From the NCBI RefSeq assembly GCF_006345805.1, contig NC_043002.1, forward strand, positions 104,718,001 through 104,782,000: 64,000 bases of DNA, read 5' to 3'. The translations under genes were made by a program, and so were the position numbers. Source of the stretch: Octopus sinensis. Lineage: Eukaryota. The notes beneath the pieces were generated by a model. The model did not search any database. It worked only from the letters and a program-made list of their open reading frames with translations, and had not been told where the DNA came from. This document shows positions 40,916 to 56,357 of the stretch, in pieces (the stretch's first letter is position 1; each line of letters opens with the position of its first letter).

Positions 40916-41241
40916 ATCAGTCAATGAATGAAGCAGTCTTTTGAAGTAAAGATGTAACATTGCAAAATGGAACCAAAAAAAAAGTATCCTTTGGATCAGA
41001 GAGTTTTAGGCAAAGAAGGGACGTAAGAAATTTATCACGAACAAATCTGATGTGTTTGTGTGTGTGTGTGTGTTTGTGTTTGTACTTGTGGGAGTCTGTC
41101 CGAGTGTGTTGTTTGCGTATGGCTATATACACAACGAATATATACACAAAAGTATTTATATACATCCTTATAACAGTGTGTACATATATATATAAATATA
41201 TAGATGACGGCATGCACAAATAAATATTACGCACATTCGTA

Positions 41242-41277
<36 letters not shown>

Positions 41278-41278
<1 letters not shown>

Positions 41279-41510
41279 TTTATTTAAAGCGGCACAAAAT
41301 TCAACAAAACCTGTTACTCTGAGTTTCCCGTTGCCGTTCATCGGACAGTTTTTGCAAAACTGTCCGATGAACGGCAACGGGAAACTCAGAGTAACAGGTT
41401 TTGTTGAATTTTCTTCCACTTTAAATAAAGCATATTACTCTACTACTGGTATTTGAGTACTCTTTTTTCCACCTTGCTTCACATTTATGTGTTTACTCCG
41501 GTATGTATAT
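41278..41510 (+). mobile_element. Penelope-like pLTR-type element with a perfect 57-bp inverted repeat (41296-41352 / 41356-41412)
   Basis: Arms are exact reverse complements around a TGC loop, with outer CTTTATTTAAAG/CTTTAAATAAAG pairing. Each arm holds a hammerhead-like motif. Confidence 0.6.
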
Positions 41511-41876
41511 ATATTCACATAAATATACGTATGCATACACGTATGCATAGCCATACGTATCACAATATGATATTTATGTACGGCAGGTGTAAGGCTGGTG
41601 GTTGCATGCCTAGAATCAAATAAAACTATTTGGTAGATGTCACAGATTCACACTGCTGAGAATATATCATCCTATTACATCAGTGTTTTCAGAATCATCG
41701 CAAGGGAATTCGTCTTCCAATCTGTATACCTGATTTTAATAATGATGTCATCTGCGTGTGTGATTGTCTTATATAACACCTGGATTTGACACTTCCCTTT
41801 CGTATTCTATTCTATCAGATACACATAGAAATACACATAGACGTACATATATGCACGTTATATATGTGAGTATATA

Positions 41877-41951
<75 letters not shown>

Positions 41952-42361
41952 ATATAATATATATATATATATAAATATATATAAGTGAAAAGGTATATGC
42001 GTATACATATCTGTGCGTGTGTCATATTGTATTGTATTCTTTAAAAAAATAATTGAACACATCATTATATATATTTGTGAAAATTATTTCTGCTGCAAAA
42101 TACCCTTAAACACACAATAGACGAGTTGTGCGTCGAAAATCACGCTATGAGAATTAAAGCAACGTTGTTTTTTCATATCCTTTTATTTTTCAACATGTTT
42201 TTTATCCTGCTGAAAGGCACAGGATATCTGATAGTTATGTAAAAAGAAAACAGTATTATATATAAATATACATGCACACATACACACACACATTCACAAA
42301 CGTGTATATATATATATATTTATATATGTATATATTATATATATACAAACATATATGTACG

Positions 42362-42433
<72 letters not shown>

Positions 42434-42604
42434 AGAGAGAGAGAGAGGGGGTGAAAGGTAGATAGATATAACAGCAGATTTTTCACTTGAATATATGAAA
42501 AAAAAAGATGTTTGTGTAATATCTATCTCATCATATTTATAACAGATGCAGGTGTGTGTGTATGCGTATTTGTGTGTGCGTGTGTTTTTGTGTGAGTGTT
42601 TGTT

Positions 42605-42635
<31 letters not shown>

Positions 42636-42779
42636 ACATAGATCTACATTCCTATAAAGAGAATCATCGAAACAGGTACAGATATACGGTAAGATGTATA
42701 TGTATATGCATAATCAGATATATATATGTATATATATGTATGTATGCATACTCGAATGCACCTTCTGGTATGTATATGT

Positions 42780-43145
<366 letters not shown>

Positions 43146-44062
43146 GCATATGTATGCCTGCATATGTGTATATGCACAAGCCGATATATTTTCTAGCTTG
43201 TTTATTGTGTAATAACGTATGTGTCACGTATTCCTACAAGCTTCATATGACCTCATTTATCTATTATGTAACATCGTATTTTCCTTCGTTTTTTTTTCTC
43301 TTCCTCTCTCTCTAGGTTTTTACATCATTCTAAAATGCATGCGCAGCACTATTACTCTATGCCCTTGTATATATGTGACGCTGGATTGAAATTGAAACAC
43401 ATACGTTTATTATATCTCGTCTCATTGCATTCGTGCGCTCTCTGAACTGCATAAAATGTGATTCTTTTGTATGAGATTTCAGGGGTCGTCTACGCAGTCG
43501 AAACAAATGCTTGAAATAATACTAATATTTCTTTAAAACTGAAGAGATCATGTTCGAATGTTGAGATTTACGGTGGAAAGAAACTACAAAATTAATATAA
43601 ATGTATTTGTTAGTGTTTTGACAACTTCAATTTAAATTCTGCACGAACATTCGGGACCTGAGTTTAGACAGCATATTCAATGAAATTGAAGTCATACAGA
43701 AATTCTGATGCAGTACCTGTGTGTAGCGGTGTTCATCCATCGCCATTGTATTGTGAAACATTTAAAATCTGTATTACTATATTTTTGTCAACACATATTA
43801 CGAAGTATGCGACAGGCTAATGGCTACCTTGGAGAGAAAATTAGACTGACATTTATCGTTTATGTTCAGTTACTGTGCAAAGGTTATTTGCACATTATAG
43901 TTAATATATCCTCCATATTCATTGAAACCCGAGACAGATTTCTGTCACACATACGCACAAACACACAAACACATATTTATAGATATACATAAGTATACTT
44001 CACTCACTTAATCATACACGTGATGTTCGCGAATGTTTTCCTTCCCCGGACTTTTCCGATTT

Positions 44063-44100
44063 ACTTTCTGACGAGTTGATATGATCGAAACGTTAGAAGT
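44063..44100 (+). ncRNA. Hammerhead-like motif of Penelope type
   Basis: ACTTT-CTGACGA-GTTGATATGATC-GAAA-CGT-T-AGAAGT. Exact core and palindromic ACGT; stem I has a bulge and stem II is weak. Confidence 0.45.
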
Positions 44101-45106
44101 CGCACTCTTTTTCCCACCTTTCCTCAGAGTTAAACTCACTCATTCCATGCATATGCCAGCTTGTTTCCTTAGTGTTACCTTTAATGGTCGATTGTTCATG
44201 TTCAACTCTTTATATTCGAGTCGAAGAGCCATCTATCTGTCTGTCTGTGTATTTGTCTATGTATGTATGTATGTATGTATGTATGTATGTATGTATGTAT
44301 GTATCTATCTATCTATCTATCTATGAATCTATATCTATATCTATGTCTATCTATTCGATCAACGGTTAATCCGATCAACGGACACAAACCGCTCGTGGAA
44401 TTTACGTCCGATTGGCTGAGCATTCCGCAGTCACACAGAATGTAACGAGGCTGGCCTTCTCAAATACAGGTACTACTCGTATTTGCTAAGTGTGAGGACT
44501 GGAGCAACGTGAAAAGATGCCGGTAATCGAACTTACCTTACGAATGTGAGCCGATTACCTTAACCACTTATGTACTATATGTATGTATGTATGTATGTGT
44601 GTATATATGTATGTACGTACGTACGTACGTATGTATGTATGTATGTATGTATGTATGTATGTATGTATGTATGTATGTATGTATGTATATGTGTATGTAT
44701 GTAAGCATGCATGTATACGTCATTGTTCAGTTTTATTTCAAGATTTCTTGCCAATAGAGAAAGGACCGGCTTCTAACCTATATCCAATGTTCCTTCATTG
44801 GAATTTCAATATCAACAACAGGTTATTTAGTTTGTATGTATGTATCTATGTATGTCTAATTTTTACATATATTCTCATACATATAGTTGCATATCTCGAC
44901 ATGCTCGTATATATATTTAAACGATAAACTTCTGGAAAGTTTTACAGATTTTTACAGTTCCAGTGATGGATTGGATCTATAGTCTTCGAATTAGCTTTCA
45001 CCTTTTCTAGTTTTGAGAAGCCTGATTTCTCAAGATTGGAATTTACGTAGTGTGTTACAAAACCAATATGTATGTATGCATGTATGTATGTATGTATGTA
45101 TGTATG

Positions 45107-45137
<31 letters not shown>

Positions 45138-45886
45138 GTATGTATGTAAGTATGTATGTACGTACGCACGTATGTATGTATGTAACTATAACTTCTTTGA
45201 TGCATTTGTTGTGTTCTTGTAATGGCGTTGCCATAATTGTGGGATTTAGAATCTGCTTGCATAAATGTCGCTAGATTTTGCTGTCGATGGATTTATAAGC
45301 TTTATTCCTTTATTAATGTCGACCTTCTTATCACCTCCTACCACTTCCTTAACTAACTAAATTATTACATATGCATTACGATATCTATTTTATGCTGGTC
45401 ACGTCTTCCAATACAACCGTTTGCTATGCGCTAATCTCATATATTTACAGAGAACTTTGTCTACGCAGATTTATGTTTTGTAAACTACGTGTGATTGTGG
45501 CTACGAAAGCTCCATAAATGATAATCGAATGTGACAAATCGGTGTGAGTCCGCCCTACATGTGTTAAGAGAAATATACAGGAATATATGCATGAAATACG
45601 AATTTAATTATAGTTTTGCACATTTATGTAATATAAATATGCAGTGTGCGTTGTTGTGAAAGCAACAAAGTTGATTTTCGTAAAGCGTAAAGCGTAAACT
45701 GAAACTGTGGCGTGTTCCTTGTTAAACGTACATTAATTTTTTCCTCAGAAGTGTTACCCTTTAAACATTAGGTGACTATATATTCCCAGTTGAGGAATAG
45801 TGGTTCGTTACTATATATATATGTTTGGAGCGGTGTAGAGCTTATCATATCATCAATCCTGGTATTTTAAATTAGGTTTTATGAAA

Positions 45887-46284
45887 TACTAGCAGTATCG
45901 CCCGGCGTTGCTCGGGTTTGTAAGGGAAATAACTATATAAGAATTTTTAGAGATGTAAAGTATAATAGCTATCTAAATATGGCTAACCACAAAGGGGGGG
46001 GACGTGTTACTGTAGCTTTTTACGTTCTGAGATTTAATAATAAATTTTTAGAGAGTTACTTCCCTTATACATGCCAAAAATGCATTAAAAAATGGGAAAA
46101 ATTGATGCCATTTTTTTTTTATCGTAGACTCATCGTAGACGCGCGCTTATACCCAGAAGGGCTCGATATGAATCACGTCTATAAGATACCCGGTTTTGGT
46201 TAAACTGCACCGCAAAATATAGGTGTAGTTAGGAATCTAAATCGTAGGAGACAGACACACAACTTGACTTTTATATATAAAGAT
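45887..46284 (+). mobile_element. Non-autonomous Helitron/Helentron-like element (copy 2)
   Basis: First ~50 nt identical to 29478; 3' ~165 nt highly similar, ending TTTTATATATAAAGAT. Confidence 0.6.
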
Positions 46285-46473
46285 AACTCAGTGCCACAAA
46301 AATTATGTGAATAAATAGATATAACTAAAACAGCTGCAAATAACTGTATTCTTCTTCTCCGATTGTATCAACGAATGGAGTTTCCTTGGATGTATTTTCA
46401 TTGTTATCTCACTGTATACATACGTTTTATACAAGTATATGAGTGTATATACGCACGTATATATAATATGTAT

Positions 46474-46892
46474 ACTCTTTTACTCTCTTTTACTCTTTTA
46501 CTTGTTTCAGTCATTTGACTGCGGCCATGCTGGAGTACCGGCTTTAGTCGAGTAAATCGACCCCGGGACTTATTCTTTGTAAGCCCAGTACTTATTCTAT
46601 CGGTCTCTTTTGCTGAACCGCTACGTTACGGGGACGTAAACACACCAGCATCGGTTGTCAAGCAATGCTAGGGGGACAAGCACTGACACACAAACACACA
46701 CACACACACATATATATATACATATATACGACGGGCTTCTTTCAGTTTCCGTCTACCAAATCCACTCACAAAGCATTGGTCGGCCCGGGGCTATAGCAGA
46801 AGACACTTGCCCAAGAATTCCACGCAGTGGGACTGAACCCGGAACCATGTGGTTGGTAAGCAAGCTACTTACCACACAGCCACTCCTGCGCC
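46474..46892 (-). mobile_element. Well-preserved full-length tRNA-derived CORE-like SINE
   Basis: Minus strand GGCGCAGGAGTGGCTGTGTGG (A box), GGGTTCAGTCC (B box), CTTGGGCAAGTGTCTT (CORE-like), internal (TA/GT)n, tail (GTAAAAGA)n. Confidence 0.92.
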
Positions 46893-46930
46893 TATAAGTA
46901 GTTTTTTAATGTGTGTGTGTATATGTGTGT

Positions 46931-46967
<37 letters not shown>

Positions 46968-46984
46968 TGTGTGTGTGTGTGTGT

Positions 46985-47155
46985 TATTTTATTCTTTTAC
47001 GCGTTTCGGCCATTTGACTGCAGTGATGCTGTGACACCGTCTTAGACGGAATTTTTTGTGGTAGAAACCGTCCCCGGGGCTAATTGTTTGTAAGTTTATT
47101 ATGCTATCGGTATCTTTCGCCGCACCGCTAGGTTGCGGGGACATAAATGCGCCGA
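46985..47155 (-). mobile_element. 3' fragment of a related SINE
   Basis: CATTTGACTGCAG..CCCCGGGG..ATCGGTATCTTT..CCGCTAGGTTGCGGGGACATAAA parallels 46500-46650. Confidence 0.6.
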
Positions 47156-47256
47156 CACACACATACACATACACATAAATACGCACACACACAAACATAT
47201 ACATACACGCTCAACCACACGGGCGTGGACGCACACACACACGCACACACACACAA

Positions 47257-47313
<57 letters not shown>

Positions 47314-49786
47314 ACACAACATATATACACAGACACATATATATATATATATATACACACACATATATACACTCACACACATATATATATATACACACAC
47401 ACACACGCAAACATACACTGATACACACATATATATATTATTATTCTGTTCTTGGTGAGACCAGCTAAGAAATATACTTCACGATTCTATTCAGCGGCAT
47501 TTAATATACATTGGATTTCAATGCAAGTTACTATAAGTTTCATAATACAGTTATCACACCAGCTTGTATATCGTCTGCTGTATGGACACCATTGAAGCTC
47601 AAGTAACAACATGGCTACACTCTAGGAAAAGCAAAAGAAAAAAAATAGAAAGAACGAATTAGTATAGTAAATGTAATGAGACGCCACCAAAAACACAGAG
47701 GCAGCCAAAGCGACATGTGACGCTTTGGTTAGTTAGAATGGGAATTGACTATGTCGAGTTAGGTAATTCGACGGAGAAAGCTTAAAGTTTCTAAATCTGC
47801 TTCTTCATTCCAGAGTGGCTGGACTTTTCCATTCGATAATGGAGATTTATGCAAATGTTTGAATTTACTGAAAATCTCGGATTGAGAATTCAGTAAGTCC
47901 GTAGATTTCTTAGGAATGATTTCTTCCAGCCCATACCATTAACGCATCGCATCGATCGTTCTATGGTGCACCATGTGATGGGGGATGAGTTTTCTTCTTC
48001 TGTACGGGCCTGAAAGAAGGTTGGTGGTTGCCATATGTTCAGCTAACGTCACTTGGTCATAGATTGATATTGTTTTTTCTTATGGCTTTCGTAAGTTTGT
48101 AAATCCGAGGTGACCTCCGCTTCTTAAACCGCTGAGCATGCTTGATGGAATGGGATAACGTGAGGGTATCTATCTCTATGAACGTTTACACAGATACAAC
48201 AAGAAACTTCTTTCTCTTAATTGATACCGGGAAGCAATAGGTATCTGAATAAGTTTGATAAACGTCCAGCGGAAGATGCTTACTGCTGCTACATCAGCTT
48301 GAAATATAATCCTACATATCAGTCACTCCTGGCGCCTACTCCAAATGTAACCGTACAGACTAATACATTTGTAATTCCACGGTTCAGACACTGATCAAGA
48401 ACGAAATTAATGGAAAATTCTAGAGTATTTGCACGCTAGGGAGCAGGGATTTTGGTTGGTCGGATTCACAACTGAAAATACTATCCGCTATCTATTTTAT
48501 TCTGGGTTAGCATAATCGGTAGAATGTGAGAACATTTGTTGTTATACTCAGTTTCGTACATCTAGAGTCTCGAATCGACTCCCGCCGCTGATAACTTTGA
48601 CTTTCATCCACACAGCAGGCAATGAATTGAGCATATCGCGTCCCAAATTTCAGACTTATGCTTAGGAGAAAGGATTATTTAAGCGAGCATATTGCGCTAA
48701 TCATCTTTTTTCAAAAATAACGTGTCTCGAGTTCAGTCATATAGCGAACCATTTTTAGAAAGCACCTTCTAATATAATCGCATGATGGCTAAACACGTCA
48801 AAGCGAAACAGTATGTTATCCACCAGTGGTTCGATCGAAAGGATCCGTTCTTTGGTAGCAGCCTTAAATTTTCCCACAGTTTAAGCAGACTAACTGGAAT
48901 TTGGGATCTTTTAACAGCCTTCATTCTCTTTTAAGGACGTAGGGAATGATTTCAAGCTAAGAACAAATTCATTCCATTATCCCGGATGCTTTGAAACGGT
49001 TGTGGATATAATCTTACCTCTCATGAAATATTAGAAATAGATAAGGTTTATTCTTTTAAAGTATATTACTGTTGTATCTATTCAAACTTGAAAACAATAT
49101 TCCAGCAGTTGAGATCGCATTTAAATCATCCCTTGACATGCTAGATAAAGCAGCTAAATCCCTCTAACTTTGCAGAGGCTGTAGCTTTATGTGAACTGTA
49201 TACTGCGCAAAGACAAGAAGCGAAATATTTATGGCTGCAACGTCTTTGATGATAGGCCTATAGGATCAGGCCTACCCTGTAGCAATCTTAGCAACATAAA
49301 TCAATATACAACTTTGATTAAAAATATAACAAAAACAATTAATTTGAATACATTAAAAATGAATAAAGAAAAAAACAAACAAATAAGCGAGAAGAAAAAG
49401 GAAAGCTGATTAATTCGTGTTTTGTAGAAAGACGAACATTTAAATAAAAAGGATTGAGAGATTAAAACTTGAAAAGACGAACAAGAAATATGGACCCGTA
49501 AATGAAATACAGTAACATCACGCCATGTTAGCTTCACCGTCAACACACCTTTCTCTCCATCTTGCTTTTCTCTCTCTCACAGTCTACATACATGCATACA
49601 TACATACACACACGCACACACACACATATATATATATATATACATGCAAACACACTGACATGTGTACAATACGCATATGTGCATTTGAATGCATATACGC
49701 ACACATCACATGCATGTATGTGTGTATACATATATAAATAGGTATATATATATATATGTATGTATGTATGCATATATATATATATA

Positions 49787-49836
<50 letters not shown>

Positions 49837-49934
49837 TATATATATATATACACACGCATACAAAGAGATACACACGCACACATATATGTATATATACACA
49901 GAGAGAGAGAAGGAGGTTCAAATTTATATATATG

Positions 49935-50053
<119 letters not shown>

Positions 50054-50998
50054 CGGCAAAGCGACAACCTGCATATTGGAAGGATTATTACATAAGCATT
50101 GTGAAATATGCAGCAACTGACTGCTGAGCACCGAAATAGCAGTGTGTACGTGAGATGTTTCATAACAGCACAAAAGTCACATTAATAAAAGAGGTTTTAT
50201 AAAAGAGTTATGAACTGAACAAACAAATAAATATACACAGAAATCATTAATAAAGGAACAGGAAGTAATAGAATATGTTTTCACACAAACATTAGAATCT
50301 AAAATTAAAACGAAAAAAATCATACGACAGAGACGTACACATACACATACACACATATACACAGACACATATACACACATATACGTACACACACATGGTG
50401 CTTAGCATAAAGTCTGTGTAGTTATGTATGGACATTTACAAGAATGTGTTATTGCTGTATGAATATCAGATATATGTACAAGAAGGTGGGACAACGAATG
50501 AAAGAGAGGAAGCAAGCATCATGTTTGGTTAGTGATTGACGCATGTATTTATGAGGGAACTGCCCATTACTTTGGTCGGCGCAAGGCACGTACACCACGT
50601 ATGTACCGAGTCCCACGACCAATAACTTTAAGTATTTATTATAGGGCCAACATATATATAAGCTACGCATATACACACATATACACAAGCAAATACATGC
50701 ATAGCTATATATGAGTATATATGCAGCTCATCCCTGTTTTTTGTCTTTCAAATGACTTGGATTGCTTTCAAATCCTTATTTTCTTAGAGAAAGTATGAAA
50801 TCTTATTTTTGGGCCAGAATGAAAACCTGTATAGTTCATCATCGATACGTTAACGTCAAAAACATATATTGATAAATATTTACTCGTGTCTAATTTGTGA
50901 GTTCTAATCCTTAGAAGGTCAAATTTCTCTTTTGTGTCTTCCTGGTTCCATTAAATGTAGTACCAGCCTTGCACTATTGTTCGCTGACATTACTCAAA

Positions 50999-51222
50999 CA
51001 GTCTGGTCCCCAACCGGTTTTTGCTTAGCGACACCATCATTTCCTATTTTGCACTATTTGACCCACATGTTAAGAAAATTCTTAATGTATTTTCATAATG
51101 AATTATTATTAGGAATTGCATTTGAAGAGTTAAAATATTTTCTGTATCATAGAATGATGACCAATTCATTGCACAGAAATTTTCCCAACAAAATTCTATA
51201 TGGACCCCTTTGAGAATCACTG
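50999..51222. mobile_element. Possible degenerate hAT MITE
   Basis: Left CAGTCTGGTCCCCAACC and right reverse complement CAGTGATTCTCAAA resemble hAT TIRs; no 8-bp TSD found. Confidence 0.35.
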
Positions 51223-53944
51223 CTCGTGAAGAATGCCCTAAACGTTTCAAAGATCCATTTGGGGATGAGGATGGCAATTTTAATCGTGGTGGCGGTGGCG
51301 GCAATGTTGGTGGTGGGAGTGATGGCATTAAAGCTTGCCAGGGTAGATTCATTCATTCATTCAATCTTTCATTCCTTCTTTCAATTAGTCTATCATTCTT
51401 CTCTTCATAATCTTCTTATTCATTACTCCTTCATTTCCTGAATGATTTTATAAACTTCGATTGTTCAATATTGATTCTTTCGTTCATATATTTACCTTTG
51501 TCACTCATTCATTAATTCAGTCGATGACGCATTCAATCATTTTCATTCACTTTTGTTGTATTCAATCATTCGCGTCTTCCCCCCCCCCCTTTCTTTCCTA
51601 CCTCTTTTAATTTTACTGTTTCTTTCATTCATTCCATGTTTAACCGTCATTTTCTATCGCTTTCTTTCTTCTCTCTCTTTCATTTCTTACTCGAATTTCT
51701 TCCTTATTTTTTCCATTCTTCCATTTTATCTCTCTTCCTCTTTCTCGCTCTCGTTTTCTTTTTATGCAAATTTCCAAATAGCTTCTACATCTCATTCTCC
51801 AATGTTGCTCTCCTACCCCTATAGTCATATTACCATTACCTGAATATACCCTCAATCCAGCTCCTTTTACCCCACATTCGTCCCCCACTATCTTTTCTTA
51901 CATATTTTATTAAATCCCCTCGTATTTTATCAATTCATTCTCATCGCCTTCATTTTCCTAATAATAATTCCTTTCCCTCCTTCACCCCCCCCATCTATCT
52001 TTGTCAAACCCCACATCTCAAAATTCTGTAATATTAAATCATTCAATCACCCTAATTTTGCATGTTTTGGTTTGGCAATAAATTTCGACCATATTTCAAA
52101 GATGAATGCGAAGCAAAAATTGAATCAACGTGAGTGGAAACTAAACCAGCCTATTAGCACGTGATCTAATTATCCATTAGTTTGGTGTCGTCTACTTAAC
52201 ATCATCGATTCCACAGTAATTATTTAATATCATCTTCGATCATCTATCTATGATCATTTACTCTAATCTTTGAAGTGTCATAAATTTCATGTCATCTCCT
52301 ATCATGTTTACAGCTATGACTTGTCAATTATTCACTGTTATCTATTGTCATCTATACTCATCAATTATCCGTCATTTATTGCCATAGTGTCTCATTTATT
52401 ATCTGTCATCTGTCATACACCATCAATTCTTCTGATCTATTACTCCTTATCTATTTTCATCAGCAGTCATCTCTTAATTATCATCTATTGTTACTGTTTA
52501 TTATCTATCAACTGTCATCTTAGACTATATACTCTCGCCTCACTTACATCTATTGATAACTTCAATGGAGAGATTTCTCTTTTGTGGAGTATTTGCACCT
52601 GGAAAGGTCATCACTAAAGTGCCTGATTGTGTGTACGTGTATCCGTGTATATCTGTATTTGTGTGTGTAAGACTAGCACTTGTCCATGCATTTATGTCTC
52701 CAGTCTCTACACCACGTAAGATTTATTACCAAGGGAAGGCAAGGCTGACCAATTTAACACCAGGACGTTGATGCAGACATGATGTTTAGTATGGAAAGAG
52801 AGAGAGAGAGACAAAGACAGACAGACTGACAGAGACACACAGGGAGCAAGAGAGGAACACACACATAGAACTAAGTGTCACGTATGACAATCTCTCTAAA
52901 CGATCAATCTGGTTTGTCAACTTTTTTATCATTTTTGTGAAAAACGATTAAATGTAAAGTTAACCTCGGCAAGATTTCAACCCAGATAGCAAAGAACTCA
53001 AACACATACCGACGCCCTAACGACGCTTAGAATTGTATGACTGTCTGGGGAAAACTTTCGTTCATATTTTATGCATTAGAGAGACCCGGAATAAGTCCCA
53101 AGGGGGCTTAATGTTTCTCTTCTGTTTAATTCTTTAAAAATAATTTTAAAAAGCTCGGAACATACAATGTACTTTGTCCACCATTTAACCAACTCCGTCA
53201 GTCCACCTCACAGCTCTAATAATAAAATTGATATTTCTTTAAAATTGGGAATATTAATAGCTATTTCAATACAACTCTATATTTTTAGATTATCTGCGTT
53301 TTATATTTGCACCAATTGCAAATTCTGTGGAGGAAATCATTATTTCTTGCCATAATGCTACTTTGTTTTCGTCCAAAGGCTAATTAGTTTAATATATTAG
53401 ATTATAATCTTGCCTAAAACGGATATTAAAACTAATTAATACTTGCAAGGACCTCCATGGTCTAGTACACCAATAGTCGATTCTATTTTCGCTTTAGATA
53501 TGGGAGTGAGTGAATTCTCTCCACTTGATAAAGACAAATGCGTTTGTGCAGTTTTAATGCTTTTTATTCCATGGGATTCAGCACGAAGAATTCAAAACAC
53601 AAGTCAGTATCACAAAATACATCTGTTGATGATAATTACAGAATCCACACTGTTAGAGATCGCATTGGATTATCTGTAATACTTCACCTTACCTTCTATT
53701 TAAGTGCAATATTTATTAGTCAAGGTAACGCTATATAGACCCCAAAAGCAGAGATTACTATAGTTGGCACACATATAATCTAATGAATCCATTTAAGGGT
53801 TTGGCGGAGGCGTTAAACACCAATCAGCACCACAGTATATATAAACATCTTCGGTGATGGTAGACCCTTACTGAAAATGTATACAAAATAATTTAACTGT
53901 ATTTGAAATAATTCCTTATTGGCTGCAATGGTCACAAAAGTCGT

Positions 53945-54162
53945 TTAGACCTTTGGCTTTCAAACTGACCATATGCACCTCAAGAGTTCTACATGTTTTA
54001 TATTTGAACTGATCAAATCTGGCCCCTCACACATACCCTACAATGTCATTCTAAAGATACACAATCTCATATTCAAAATTTTGAAGCTAAAAGACGTTAC
54101 AGGATTAATTTCGATAAATAATCATTACAATTGGTGAAACAACTTGAATGCCAAATGGCTTG
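53945..54162. mobile_element. Possible degenerate piggyBac-like MITE
   Basis: Short degenerate TIR: CCTTTGGCTTTTCAA versus reverse complement CCATTTGGCATTCAA. TTAA flanks are not intact. Confidence 0.35.
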
Positions 54163-54725
54163 GACAATACCAGGACAAAAGACAGTAAAGATATACGTGA
54201 AATCGTGTAAACATTTAAGAATATAACAAAAAAAAATGAATTCTCTGAAATACCACATTAGGAAGTAACAGCACCATTGGGTAACGCAGGAACATCACAG
54301 ATCCAAGCCCTCGCTACTCTCCAGAAGTATCTTGGCAAGTGCCCCAATTTCGACTCTTCTCTGCATCCTACGGGGTTTAGCTTTACCTGGACCTATTTAC
54401 TCAGGCCTTTCTCGCCACATTCCTCTATCCTTCAACGAATTACTAACCGATGTGTAGAGATACAAAATGTGTAAAACATATATCGGACGTAAAACCCCAA
54501 AACATATCCGCTATTTGGATGTCGGCAGCGAATGGGAAACATTCATAATTGGGTTTTTATTTTTATAATCAACCTGAACACAACTGACATTCCATCTTAC
54601 CTACCTTCGATCAGAATTGCTATCATGATAATTATGCTAATTTTAATGATTTATATTAGCAACTGCGCTATGTCACATAGTCAATTTAATCAAGCAGAAT
54701 ACATATACATACATACATACATACA

Positions 54726-54761
<36 letters not shown>

Positions 54762-54766
54762 TATAT

Positions 54767-54798
<32 letters not shown>

Positions 54799-54817
54799 AT
54801 ATATATATAATATATAT

Positions 54818-54887
<70 letters not shown>

Positions 54888-55009
54888 ATAGTCTCAATGT
54901 ATTGTGGGTGATTAATCATTTGGCCTCGGCGGGATTTGAAATCATTTGAAATCAAAAGGTAATAGGACGTAATTAAACACGTCAAGAATATTCGTTCACA
55001 CGTAAACCC

Positions 55010-55343
55010 CACCGCTGCTGCTGCAGGTATTACTGCCGCCACTACATGCACCGCCACCACCATGTTCAAAACTACCAACACCACCACTACTACTACTACT
55101 ACTACCACTACTGCTACTGCTACTGCTACTGCTACTACTACTACTACTACTTGTTGCTCCTATTGCTGCTGCTGCTGCCGCTGGTTTCATTGTGAGTGTG
55201 GTGAAGATGATGGTCACGATGACAATGGAGGTCGTGGTGGTGATTATGAAGATGATGATGATGATGATGATGATGATGACGCAGACGGTAACGATGTCTA
55301 CGACGACGACAACGATGATGATGACGACGACGATGACTTCAAC

Positions 55344-55383
<40 letters not shown>

Positions 55384-55435
55384 TGATGATGATGATGAGA
55401 TGATGATGATGACGATGATGATGATGATGATTTAT
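55010..55435. repeat. Compound trinucleotide array (GCT/ACT/GAT/GAC)
   Basis: Directly visible; source of the poly-T, poly-D and poly-M ORFs. Confidence 0.9.
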
Positions 55436-56357
55436 TTAGCAAGTTCGCGAGAGGAAAAGAATAATATAACTGCAATAGGTAGAAAGAGAAAGAAAGGATA
55501 CCCTACAGTGTATACTCTGCATCCAACTTAATGAATTTAGGCCTGAGATGTTCGTCCTGATACCCGAGGACCTCCAACTAGGGACAAACCGAAGCCAACA
55601 TACAAGTCGATCAGATGACCATAATTGTCTTGAGGCAGGCCAGCGAAACCTGGCGATTTTATTTTTCGCTAAGCCGAACATCACATCCTGTATTCCCTCG
55701 CAATTTCGTATCACTTTACCTCCTCCTCCGCCGAGATTCGATGAAGTCCGGTGCAGTGAACACTTTCTCTACTGCCTGCGAAACATCTTGCTCTCACAAA
55801 TTCAGCTCTTTGTCACACCCCGTGGCACCTGCGTAGACCGAAACTAACAAAAAAACCTTTCTTTCGCTCTTTATTTAGCGCAAAACAAAAGAATATGTTT
55901 ACATTAATGTGTGTGTCCATGAAAATTGTGGATAATCAACGTGAAATACATTTCCCCATCCTATCGCTGTGTTTATTACAATAGAATCAATTATTAGGCG
56001 CTGTGAAACTTTTTTTTTTTTTTTAGAGTTGTGAGTTCAAATTTCGCCGAGGTCTACTTTACCCTTCATTTTTTGAGTGGCGGTGAATTAAAGTACCAGA
56101 TTGACGTAATCAAGTCATTCACCTTCTTCGAAATTTTTGATCTTCAGACAAAATTAAAACCAATTTTATTCTATTATACATTTTGTCTTCCCATTTATAT
56201 CTTTATATTATTAGATAGATAGACAGACAGAAGACAGATAAATACATACATACATACATACATACATACATACATACATACATACATACATACATACACA
56301 CATATATGCATACATACATACGTAAATATATACATTAATATATACATATATACATAC

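Noticed and set aside
41690-41790. Minus-strand THADDIII resembling a YADD motif
   Set aside because: Isolated 4-residue match with no other RT blocks.
43314-43450. Strong pyrimidine-rich splice acceptor
   Set aside because: Derived from a CT microsatellite; no good donor or meaningful frame follows.
55480-55850. GC-richer stretch with 73-99 aa ORFs on both strands
   Set aside because: No recognisable domain or convincing splice sites; probably a decayed repeat.
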